Virus record (IMG/VR): IMGVR_UViG_3300003324_000142
Coordinates: 1 to 54,868 of that record
Length of the DNA stretch: 54,868 nucleotides
Source: a virus
Lineage: Duplodnaviria > Caudoviricetes
Reading direction: 5' to 3' (one strand)
Position 1 is the stretch's first letter. Every line of letters begins with the position of its first letter. Positions 36,944 to 45,141 of the stretch are shown one piece after another. The notes below the pieces were generated by a model. It was not told the origin of the DNA, made no database searches, and was given only the letters and a program-made list of their open reading frames with translations. The position numbers and the translations under genes were made by a program.

Positions 36944-37474
36944 TTACGGCGTCGCGTCGACCGGATCGACCGTGATCTGCTTCTGCTGCAATCCGAGCGT
37001 GAACACTTCCAGGTCGAAGTCCTCGTTGCGCCCGTTCGGCTGCGTCGGACCGCTGATCAGGCCGCGGTTGTAGCGGATAGTCGGACTCGAACCAGTGAGA
37101 TCGTTCGGCGCGTCGTTGCCTTCGATCTTGAAGGCGTAGTTCAGGTTCGTGTCGGCGATCGACCGCATGATGACCTGACCGGGATCGTCCGGATCGCGCG
37201 CAACCTCGACGGTCGGCGAACCGGCATCGGTCATGCCCTTGGCCTTCTGGACGACATCATCGTCCCACGTATCGTAGGTGAGGATATTGGTTGACGAACC
37301 CGTTTCGCCGTGACTGCCGACGCCGGCCACCAAAACCCAGGTCAGCGCTTCGAAGCCGCTCTGATCCAACTTGGTCGGCTGCGGGGTGGCACACACGTAG
37401 AATTTCTTCTGCGCGTTGGTATTGAAGAAACCTGCGGCGAGCGAGGCGCCGAGGATGGCCTTGATCTGTTTCAT
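36944..37474 (-). CDS. major tail (tube) protein
   Basis: AGGGG RBS at ATG 37474. GETG...KAKG..DAG...D.GQ motifs. Confidence 0.85.
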   Translation of the reverse strand: MKQIKAILGASLAAGFFNTNAQKKFYVCATPQPTKLDQSGFEALTWVLVAGVGSHGETGSSTNILTYDTWDDDVVQKAKGMTDAGSPTVEVARDPDDPGQVIMRSIADTNLNYAFKIEGNDAPNDLTGSSPTIRYNRGLISGPTQPNGRNEDFDLEVFTLGLQQKQITVDPVDATP

Positions 37475-37532
37475 GTCGGTGCCCCTATATGGATGGACGC
37501 CCACGCCTATCACGGACGCGAGCGGCTTGCAA

Positions 37533-37943
37533 TCACCCTCGATACGACCGGTAGCGAATCGAACAGCCGTAGAGCGTTTCGTCGTCCTGCGGGATCGAAC
37601 CCGTGAAATCGGGCTGCTCGTAGATTTGCACCCCGTCGACCATTCTGCCCTTGGCGAACCACCCTGCGATCGACGCGAGCGTTTCCAGCGGCGCATAGAT
37701 GCCGCCGCCATCCTTGGGCCAATGCAGAACCAGACGAAACAACCCCTGATAATTCTTCTCATCGCCCCAAAAGTCACCCTGACGATTGTTCGGTATCCAG
37801 ACGATTTCGACCCATTTGCCGTCGCTCGGGACATCGAAATTAACATCGATATACGCGACTGGCAACGTAGGCACTGACGACGCCGCTACAGCAGCCGTTA
37901 CACCTTGTTGCAGCGATGCGATGATTAGCGTTTCATCTTCCAT
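37533..37943 (-). CDS. tail terminator protein (DUF4128-like)
   Basis: Synteny. G.FRL..HWPKDGG. Confidence 0.7.
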   Translation of the reverse strand: MEDETLIIASLQQGVTAAVAASSVPTLPVAYIDVNFDVPSDGKWVEIVWIPNNRQGDFWGDEKNYQGLFRLVLHWPKDGGGIYAPLETLASIAGWFAKGRMVDGVQIYEQPDFTGSIPQDDETLYGCSIRYRSYRG

Positions 37944-37944
37944 A

Positions 37945-38394
37945 TCACTTGATCCTTTGACGTAAGGTATCGGTATTGAACGCTACATATCGCGCCCAAT
38001 TTTGCGCGCTGGTTTCCAGAAAACCATCATACAACTCGCGGTAACGAGCGTAATTCGCAGTCCAACCGAAATAGAACGTATCGCCGAATTTCATCTTGAT
38101 CAACGCGGCACTGATCGCTTCGCCGTTGTAGGTGTAACTGTTGATCGCTGCATCAGCGGGTCGCACGCTCGGACCGGATGGAAATCCTTCCAGACTGGCA
38201 CGGGCCGACGCGCGCAGAAAGCCCGTCTTGATACGCATCCGACCGCCTTTCGCAGTCGGCTGTTGCGCATTGTCGACCACATCCTGAATGCTCGACTGCA
38301 TTACAGCAAGCATTCGCTCTTTGCTCTTGCGCACCCAATCTTCAACCGTAGCCGATGGGCTGGTATATGCGCGCTGACGACCGTAATAAGTCAT
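37945..38394 (-). CDS. HK97 gp10-like neck/tail completion protein
   Basis: GGRMRIKTGFLRAS, GWTANYARYRE. Confidence 0.75.
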   Translation of the reverse strand: MTYYGRQRAYTSPSATVEDWVRKSKERMLAVMQSSIQDVVDNAQQPTAKGGRMRIKTGFLRASARASLEGFPSGPSVRPADAAINSYTYNGEAISAALIKMKFGDTFYFGWTANYARYRELYDGFLETSAQNWARYVAFNTDTLRQRIK

Positions 38395-39419
38395 CACGAC
38401 ACTCCGGCGAAAAAGTCGATCTTATAACGGACGTGACAGCGGCACCCGACGATCTCAGCAGCATCAGCACCAAGCGATCCATCGCCGGGGTGCATCATCT
38501 TTGACCCCTCAGGCGTCGTGAACGCCTCGTTGAGCCCCACAGTTTGCCCATCCATTTCACGATGGGTCTGCCGGACGCGATTGTCGCCCGCCGTCTCCCA
38601 CACCTTCTCGGCCGCGCTGTCGGGCAGCGCGCTTTGCGCCAACGCCTGCTGCGTCGCCTCGAACTCAGACCGGTTGAGCGCAGCGAGTGCTTCGGTCCGT
38701 CCGATCCCTTCGCCGCGGAACCGCAGGGCGCTCGACCGATACTGGTTGACCAACTTGTCCACCGTTTCGAGCGGCAGGGGTTTGCCGGCGTCGATCGCGG
38801 CCCGCACTGTCTTATCGAAGCGCTTGTCACGCAGACCCAATTCGAAATACGATTCGTCCAGTGACAACAGCTTCGCACGGGCCGATGCGGCCCATCCTTC
38901 CTCACGCGAGCCAAGGCCCACGACGCCACCCTCACGCTGTCTGGTTTGCGGGTTGAACCGCCCTACGATGTCGAGCGCCACATTGTTCGGATTCCGGCCC
39001 TCCTGCATCCCACGGACCATCGTGTCGCGCACCGTCTGGCGAATGTCGTCCTCAATCCCGGTGACGAGTGCTGCGGATCGCTCGGACAGCCATTTCTCGG
39101 TGCGCTCATCACGAATGTCGAACCGCAGCGGTGATTTCATGCCGCTCAGCCCGGTCGTATATTTGGGAAAGGTCGCCATCATCATAAGCCCGCCCTGCTG
39201 AAACGCATTGGTCAGCGCAAGGGTCATCGGGTTGAATGCCGGTGGCGTATATCCGAGCGCGTCGAACGCCGCCTGCACGTCGTTACGTTTAATCGCGTCG
39301 ACCACTTGCGCGAGGATCGCATTGTCCACCACATCCTGCACGGCATCCAAAAACGCGCGCCGGATCGCCGGCGCCATCTGTGCCAACAGTGCTTCGAATT
39401 GTTCGATCAGCGTCGACAT
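38394..39419 (-). CDS. head morphogenesis protein (Mu gpF/SPP1 gp7-like)
   Basis: IGRTE, KVWETAGDNRVRQTH, HPGD...GCRC. Confidence 0.85.
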   Translation of the reverse strand: MSTLIEQFEALLAQMAPAIRRAFLDAVQDVVDNAILAQVVDAIKRNDVQAAFDALGYTPPAFNPMTLALTNAFQQGGLMMMATFPKYTTGLSGMKSPLRFDIRDERTEKWLSERSAALVTGIEDDIRQTVRDTMVRGMQEGRNPNNVALDIVGRFNPQTRQREGGVVGLGSREEGWAASARAKLLSLDESYFELGLRDKRFDKTVRAAIDAGKPLPLETVDKLVNQYRSSALRFRGEGIGRTEALAALNRSEFEATQQALAQSALPDSAAEKVWETAGDNRVRQTHREMDGQTVGLNEAFTTPEGSKMMHPGDGSLGADAAEIVGCRCHVRYKIDFFAGVS

Positions 39420-39763
39420 ATCACCGTCCACACGACAGGGGTACCGGCTGCGGGTCGCGGCATGATTTCGATAATCTTATGCGACACCCCGTCGATTTTG
39501 ATCGAACCGGTCATGTCGGGTGTCACTCCGTCGTTCGGCATCGTGATTTGCTTGTCGGACTGCACGATGTTGGTGCCGTCGACATATTTGGTCGACACCG
39601 GCCGTGCAACCGCATTGATCGGATGGGGCACCGGGACCGATGGCGTCGGTCGATCCGGGGTGCCACCGGGTTGCTTTTCCAGCGCGACGTACACCACGCT
39701 ACCCTGCTGAAATTCGCCGATCACATCGGACGCGATCTGCCGCATGTCGTCATAAATGCTCAT
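39407..39763 (-). CDS. head-closure/head-tail joining protein
   Basis: Synteny. Begins YDDMRQIASDVIGEF.QG. Confidence 0.7.
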   Translation of the reverse strand: MSIYDDMRQIASDVIGEFQQGSVVYVALEKQPGGTPDRPTPSVPVPHPINAVARPVSTKYVDGTNIVQSDKQITMPNDGVTPDMTGSIKIDGVSHKIIEIMPRPAAGTPVVWTVICRR

Positions 39764-39768
39764 AGGAC

Positions 39769-39797
39769 TTGACCACCCTGAAAGTAACGGTTAAACC
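39769..39797 (+). promoter_or_regulatory. promoter of the antisense-oriented gene
   Basis: TTGACC-N17-TAAACC. Confidence 0.5.
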
Positions 39798-39835
39798 ACA
39801 TCGGTCAATACGACGCAACCCAACGGAGAATCGAA

Positions 39836-40246
39836 ATGAAGCGACTGAACACTCTGACCGCCACGGCGCTCTGCACCGGTTATGCCAGCGCCGATGCACC
39901 CAAGGTGGCGACCGGCACGAAGGCGCCGACGACGACCGATGCGTTCGCAATCACCCCGCCGCCGTCGAACAACCGCGGCAGCACGTCGCCGCTGAGGCCC
40001 AAGTTCGAAGGGCTCGATGTCGGCCAGGCCTTCGGGGTGACCGATCGCACCAAGAAGCAGATTCAGGGCACCGTCAGCAACATGAACCGCAAGTTCAAGT
40101 CGGTTGCGACCGACGCCGAAGGCAACGAAAGCACGCTGCCCGGTCATCGGCATTTCAAGGTGTTCGATGTCGACGCCAACTACGCCAAGACGCTCAAGGG
40201 CACTCCGCTCGACGGCGCCAAGACCCTCGTGTTCCGCGACGCCTGA
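39836..40246 (+). CDS. probable DNA-binding protein oriented against the virion operon
   Basis: GGAG RBS, own promoter and terminator. KFEGLDVGQAF...LVFR resembles small phage winged-helix proteins. Confidence 0.7.
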   Translation: MKRLNTLTATALCTGYASADAPKVATGTKAPTTTDAFAITPPPSNNRGSTSPLRPKFEGLDVGQAFGVTDRTKKQIQGTVSNMNRKFKSVATDAEGNESTLPGHRHFKVFDVDANYAKTLKGTPLDGAKTLVFRDA

Positions 40247-40267
40247 CCCCCCTCTCGGCGACGCGGG

Positions 40268-40300
40268 AAGGGCTGCACTGGCAACGGTGCAGCCCTTTTT
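40268..40300 (+). terminator. intrinsic terminator
   Basis: AAGGGCTGCACTG-GCAA-CGGTGCAGCCCTTTTT. Confidence 0.8.
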
Positions 40301-40791
40301 CATGCCCGCACCACCTGACCCATCATCCCCGACCCGGCGCCATCCCACCACAGCAGCGACGCGATGATCTGACCGACGATCGGCAACTGGACTTGTGCAT
40401 CTGCCGCACCGCCCATGCCGGCATATTGCACGCTGATCGCGCCGTCGATCGAAACGCGGCTGTATTTGTTCGGCGTGAAGTCGGTCGTCAGCGATCCTGG
40501 TGACTGCAACTGCCTCAACGCAACCTCGTAGGTCGCATTCTCGATCTGCACCGGTACGGTCACACTCGATACGGCGTAACCCTCGCGATCAATGACGCCT
40601 TGCCGCGGCCAGTCCCGATCCTGCGTGTGAACCGTCTTGAGCCCCGGCCACCGCATCGCATAGAGCCCGTCGAGCCACTCGGACGCGACCAGACGGGCGG
40701 CGGTGATGTCACCGTCGTCATAGGCGCTGACATCGCGCCCACGGGCCGTGTGGTAGTCGGTGAACCCCTGATTGGTGCCGTAGCTGTCCAT
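40300..40791 (-). CDS. head-tail adaptor (DnaT-like)
   Basis: YGT...YHTARG, ASEWLD, Q.RDWPR, VPVQIENATYE.A. Confidence 0.75.
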   Translation of the reverse strand: MDSYGTNQGFTDYHTARGRDVSAYDDGDITAARLVASEWLDGLYAMRWPGLKTVHTQDRDWPRQGVIDREGYAVSSVTVPVQIENATYEVALRQLQSPGSLTTDFTPNKYSRVSIDGAISVQYAGMGGAADAQVQLPIVGQIIASLLWWDGAGSGMMGQVVRA

Positions 40792-40807
40792 CACGCTTGC
40801 TCCCAAG

Positions 40808-40835
40808 AAAAAGGGCGACCCTTTCGAGCCGCCCC
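40808..40835 (-). terminator. intrinsic terminator after the capsid/accessory genes
   Basis: GGGCGGCTC-GAAA-GGGTCGCCC-TTTTT on the minus strand. Confidence 0.75.
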
Positions 40836-40861
40836 ATCCGTATCATGCCCTGGCGCGCGTG

Positions 40862-41329
40862 TCAGCGCGGCAACGCCTTGATCGCATCGTTCGCGGCCTT
40901 CTGGCTCGAATAGCCGTCCTCGTCGATGCCCTCGACGCCCTTGATCTTCTGACCCATGCCATCGACGATGAAGAATTTCTTCCCCTCGGGCATGACGAGC
41001 CGACTGTTGGGCGACGCGGTAGTCGGAACGACGGCGCCGGTGTTCGGATCGGTCGGCAGCGGCGCGACCGTCTTGCCGCCGCTGTAATCCGGCGTACCGG
41101 GCGTCGCGATGCGGGCTGCATCGTTGATGGTGACGCCGCCACGCGACTTTTCGGCCGTTTCCTTGCCGCTGTACTTGGTGTACTGCCGCTCGGCGCTCGG
41201 CTTCTCCTGGTCGGCGTCGAAATCGGCCTGATTGACCCGGACGGGGCCATCCTTGCCGCTGACCAGGACCACACCGGTCGTTTCGGACATGAAGCCGCTG
41301 ATGACGGCCAAAGCGAGAATCGTTTTCAT
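40862..41329 (-). CDS. virion accessory protein downstream of the capsid gene
   Basis: AGGAGA RBS before ATG 41329. GPVRVNQADFD motif. Confidence 0.7.
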   Translation of the reverse strand: MKTILALAVISGFMSETTGVVLVSGKDGPVRVNQADFDADQEKPSAERQYTKYSGKETAEKSRGGVTINDAARIATPGTPDYSGGKTVAPLPTDPNTGAVVPTTASPNSRLVMPEGKKFFIVDGMGQKIKGVEGIDEDGYSSQKAANDAIKALPR

Positions 41330-41385
41330 CTTGTATCTCCTGCTTGGTGGGGTGCCGGTGAAGCACCCCACCACTGCGACGAATA

Positions 41386-42597
41386 CTACCCCATGAGCAA
41401 ACCGATATGCTCAGGTTTCACCGCCTTCTGGCCCCACGCGAGGCCGATTTCGCCCCGAATCTTGTGGTAGCCCTTGTAGATGGCGATGTCGAACGTGATA
41501 CCCGACCGCGGATCGGTGATCAGCCGGCGATCCGAAGCAGCGTCGCCGCCGTCCGGAATGGCGGGCGGACGAAGCGCGACAGCCATCGCGTTCGCGCTGA
41601 ACCCGACGTTGGCATAGTAGTCGTTCGCCAGCGTGATCGCCGTCGCCTGCGCCGGGATCGCGACGCGAAGGCCCGGTTCGGCGATGGTGAACGTGCCGCC
41701 GTTCGACGTGTCGGCATCACCCGAAACGACCACGTACTTGTTGGTGTCGCCCGCAAAGGTGACGACATCACCCGCCAGGATCGTACCCGTGCCTGCCGCC
41801 GCCAGCGTGATCGTGGTGGTGCCCTTGGCATAGCCGGTCGCATCGGTGGTCGCACCCGCGCCGGTGCCGGCATCGTGCGTCACCGCCTGCGCGGTTTCCT
41901 TGATCGACATCCCGTAGAGGTTGAGCAATTCACCGTCGCGGAGGGTCATCTGCGTACCCGCCTCGTTGACCTTGGTGAGATTGCCGAGCGTGATCAGCTT
42001 GGCCGATGCGGTCGAGTTGAGGATCATCGACCGACCGGTCTTGGGCGCACCGTTGTCGTCGAGAATCTTCTTGATCTGCGCGAGATCGGTCAGATCGCCC
42101 GAGCCGAACGGCGTGGTCCCCGGCGTACCGTAGGCGCGCGATGCGCCGCGGGTCGCTTCGGCCGCGATGTCGGTTTCGATTTCATTGGCGAGCGTCCGGA
42201 ACGCCTCAGCGATCCACATGCCCTGGACGGACAGGAAGCCGACGCCACCAGTGTTGAGCGCGCGCTGTTCCTCGCCGGTGATGCCGAACGAGACGGTGCG
42301 CGCCTTGGTGATCGCCATCTGACCCACCGCGACGGTCCGGTCGGGCGGCTCGGGAATGGTCATCGACGGCACGATGTCCTGCGCCTCGACGCCTTCGGCG
42401 ATCGGATAGCTGACCGACTGACCCTTGGCGGCGCGTTCGACACCCGGCGCACGCATCACGGACGGGATGAAGCCCATCTGCTCGCGCGACACGGTGTCCA
42501 TCGCGGCGAAAAGGTCCGGAAGGATCGCGGTAAGAGTGTTGTCGAAGCCCATGATGGGCGCGGACTGGCTGATCGCCAGCAGCATCATCTTTCGCAT
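41386..42597 (-). CDS. major capsid protein (P22 coat-like family with insertion domain)
   Basis: NTLT..LP......D.VSRE..GFIP.V, I.AGDVVTFAGD, WG.KAVKPEH. Follows the scaffold gene. Confidence 0.88.
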   Translation of the reverse strand: MRKMMLLAISQSAPIMGFDNTLTAILPDLFAAMDTVSREQMGFIPSVMRAPGVERAAKGQSVSYPIAEGVEAQDIVPSMTIPEPPDRTVAVGQMAITKARTVSFGITGEEQRALNTGGVGFLSVQGMWIAEAFRTLANEIETDIAAEATRGASRAYGTPGTTPFGSGDLTDLAQIKKILDDNGAPKTGRSMILNSTASAKLITLGNLTKVNEAGTQMTLRDGELLNLYGMSIKETAQAVTHDAGTGAGATTDATGYAKGTTTITLAAAGTGTILAGDVVTFAGDTNKYVVVSGDADTSNGGTFTIAEPGLRVAIPAQATAITLANDYYANVGFSANAMAVALRPPAIPDGGDAASDRRLITDPRSGITFDIAIYKGYHKIRGEIGLAWGQKAVKPEHIGLLMG

Positions 42598-42635
42598 GGT
42601 CTGCCCCATGTTGAATGTGAAGGTGAAGCGTGCGT

Positions 42636-42683
42636 TCGGTCATCCAACCGACCCGCAACCTGCGCCCCCGATCATCCAACCGG
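42636..42683 (-). promoter_or_regulatory. two GGA-loop hairpins in the capsid 5' UTR
   Basis: CCGGT-TGGATG-ATCGG and TCGGT-TGGATG-ACCGA on the minus strand. Confidence 0.55.
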
Positions 42684-42699
42684 CTGACTGCGATCTTTG

Positions 42700-42728
42700 G
42701 TGTAATGCTGCTGTGGGGTGGGTGTCAA
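42700..42728 (-). promoter_or_regulatory. capsid gene promoter
   Basis: TTGACA at 42728-42723, a -10-like element about 17 nt downstream, and a 13-bp hairpin (42744-42780) upstream. Confidence 0.5.
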
Positions 42729-42807
42729 GTCACCCCCATACAACACGGCCCGGTGGGACGACGAATACCACCGGGCCGTGGAGATCAACCCGTGCGGGCG
42801 ATCTAAC

Positions 42808-43635
42808 TCAATCGACGATCTGGATTTCGCCCTTGCCCATCGACGCCGCAGCTTCGGCCTGCTGCGCAGGGCTCAGGCTGTCGAACTCGGACCGCTTCAT
42901 CACCCGCCCGTTGCCGCGACCGCCACCGCCGCCCTGACCGCCCGTACCGTTCGTGTCGGGCGCCTTGAGGATCATGTCACGATGTGCGTAAGCACCGACG
43001 ATGATTTCCATCGCTTCGTCGGCATCGGCAACCTCGCCGGCCCGCTTCTTCGAATAGATCGGATTGCCGTTGCTGTCCTGCGGCACGATCTTGCCGTCCT
43101 CGACCTTGAAATGGTCGCCGAACGTCTTTTGCGCGATGTCGGCGGGCAGGATCAGTTGCTCGTTGACGAATTTGCTGTCGCGGAACGCCTGGCTGATCAG
43201 CATGTTATCCGCACGCTGTGCCGCGGCGTCGCGCTCAGCAGTGGCGTCGGCGATCTGCTTTTCGTACTGCGTCCGCATCTCGTTGCGGACTTCATCGACC
43301 TTGCCGGCGTCGATCAGTTTCTTGTCGTCGATCTTACCGACTGTATCGAGCGCTTCACGCGCCTTGTCGGGATCGAGCCCGTCGAACTTGGCGAGTTTCG
43401 TTTCCGCCGCCTCGGCCCGCTCGCGATGCCGCTTGCTCTCGTTGGTGAGCCGCGCGACGGTGCCGCTCTCGACCGACATCTCGCCGCCGTCGATCGCCAG
43501 CACCGGGTTGCCCTTGTCGTCGACGACGATGTGGCCGTCGTCATCCTTCTTCCAACCCATGCCGTCGAACCCGGCAACGATCGCCGTTCCGATCGATGCA
43601 AGCAAAAGCCCCTTGATCCGCATCCGCATTCTCAT
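42808..43635 (-). CDS. capsid scaffolding protein (DUF6651-like)
   Basis: DG.IVVD.KGNPV, coiled coil, KKLIDAGKVDEV, FG.HFKVEDGK, Gly-rich end. Start may be 43629. Confidence 0.8.
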   Translation of the reverse strand: MRMRMRIKGLLLASIGTAIVAGFDGMGWKKDDDGHIVVDDKGNPVLAIDGGEMSVESGTVARLTNESKRHRERAEAAETKLAKFDGLDPDKAREALDTVGKIDDKKLIDAGKVDEVRNEMRTQYEKQIADATAERDAAAQRADNMLISQAFRDSKFVNEQLILPADIAQKTFGDHFKVEDGKIVPQDSNGNPIYSKKRAGEVADADEAMEIIVGAYAHRDMILKAPDTNGTGGQGGGGGRGNGRVMKRSEFDSLSPAQQAEAAASMGKGEIQIVD

Positions 43636-43641
43636 TCTCCG

Positions 43642-45141
43642 TCAGGTCGTCATGTCCGGTGGTGTGTTACCACGCGGTAATTCGCCTAGCAAGCGCTCAC
43701 GTTCGCGTTCGGCGGTGAAATCGCTCGAATACACGCCGCGACGCTTCTTTTCTTCCCACAGCGTTTCCTGGCTGATGTCGCCGCGGTCGCGATCGGCGTC
43801 GAGCGACGACAGATCGTCCGCCTCCATCCAGTCGTCGAAATCGACGAACACATGGACCACCGATTCATACGGCACGTTCATCCAGCGTGCGGTCAGGTTG
43901 AGCGCGTTTTCAAGCGCATCCTTGAGCCCATAGGCCCACGCCTTTACGGCGCTCTTGGCCTTGCCGGCTGCGACCGCCGCCGTGATGACGGTGATGTTGC
44001 CCGACTGCGCCGTCAGCGGCTGACGCCCCAATTCGCGAAGCTGCTGGATTGTCGACGCCACGTCATCGGCGAGGAATTTAAGGTTCTCGGATGACGGCTC
44101 GACCCACTCGAACGACCCGACCTTGCCGCTCGCGTCCATGCTGGACCACAGCATCCGCGCCGGTCCGATCTGGACGCGCTTATCGGGTTTGCCGTCCTGT
44201 CCGACCGGTGGATTGATGCCGTTCGCCGCCAGCATGGGATACGCACTCATCGTCTTGATGAACTTGAGCCCGCTTTCCTGCTGATACAATTCGATCTGTA
44301 GGTCGACCGCATCCTTGAGCGCCGGCTTGAACGTCCAGTTGCGCCCGTCACGTCGACCGGTGATGAACGGGATTAGCGGGATCACATCGATGCCAAGCGT
44401 GCCGCCATCGATCCGTGCGTACTGCGTCTTGCCGTCCGGTCCGGTCGTTTCGGTTTTCTCGTACAGCGTCCACGTCACCCCTGCGTCGGTGCGTTTGTAT
44501 TCGCGCACCCGATCCGGACTGCCCGGTTCGAAAATGCGGATGAACGTCAGAACCTCACTGCCGCCGATCATCTTGGATCGCACGTCGAGTACGTTGCGCC
44601 CGATCACATGCGACCAGTACGGGCGTACCTTCTCGCGCTTGGCGTCGGCGATGCTGCGGACGGCGGGATTTTTCTTATCGAAATCGACCATGATCCAGTC
44701 GATCGCGCTGTTGATGCCGTTGAAAAACGTCGTCGCGGCGAAACTGGTCAGGTTGTTGCCGCTACCATCCACGTCCCACGAAAACTCGGTGATCTGCTCG
44801 GGCGCGTCGATTACCTGCACCGGGTATTCGAACGGCTTGCTGGTCAGCCCTTCCACGATGTCGTTATAGACGTTCGTGACCTTGGTGCATTGGAGTCGAT
44901 ACTGATATTCGCGATCGGTTTCGTCGGGGAATTTCGGCAGATACGTCGTACCGGCCAACCGGAGCGCGTCGATACCGCCGATCACCGTGTCCGTCTTGTC
45001 CCAATAGGGCAGCATTGCCGCACTGTCGCGCGACCGCTTGGTGATGGTGTCCACGCTAAACATTTCGACCACCGGATCGAGTGGTCGACTGGCATAGCCG
45101 GTGATGGCGGTGGTGTGCAGCAAGGTCGTGAGATGGGTCAT
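43642..45141 (-). CDS. portal protein (DUF4055-like)
   Basis: YLPKFPDE....Y..RL, DVDGSGNNL, RPYW. Follows terL. Confidence 0.85.
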   Translation of the reverse strand: MTHLTTLLHTTAITGYASRPLDPVVEMFSVDTITKRSRDSAAMLPYWDKTDTVIGGIDALRLAGTTYLPKFPDETDREYQYRLQCTKVTNVYNDIVEGLTSKPFEYPVQVIDAPEQITEFSWDVDGSGNNLTSFAATTFFNGINSAIDWIMVDFDKKNPAVRSIADAKREKVRPYWSHVIGRNVLDVRSKMIGGSEVLTFIRIFEPGSPDRVREYKRTDAGVTWTLYEKTETTGPDGKTQYARIDGGTLGIDVIPLIPFITGRRDGRNWTFKPALKDAVDLQIELYQQESGLKFIKTMSAYPMLAANGINPPVGQDGKPDKRVQIGPARMLWSSMDASGKVGSFEWVEPSSENLKFLADDVASTIQQLRELGRQPLTAQSGNITVITAAVAAGKAKSAVKAWAYGLKDALENALNLTARWMNVPYESVVHVFVDFDDWMEADDLSSLDADRDRGDISQETLWEEKKRRGVYSSDFTAERERERLLGELPRGNTPPDMTT

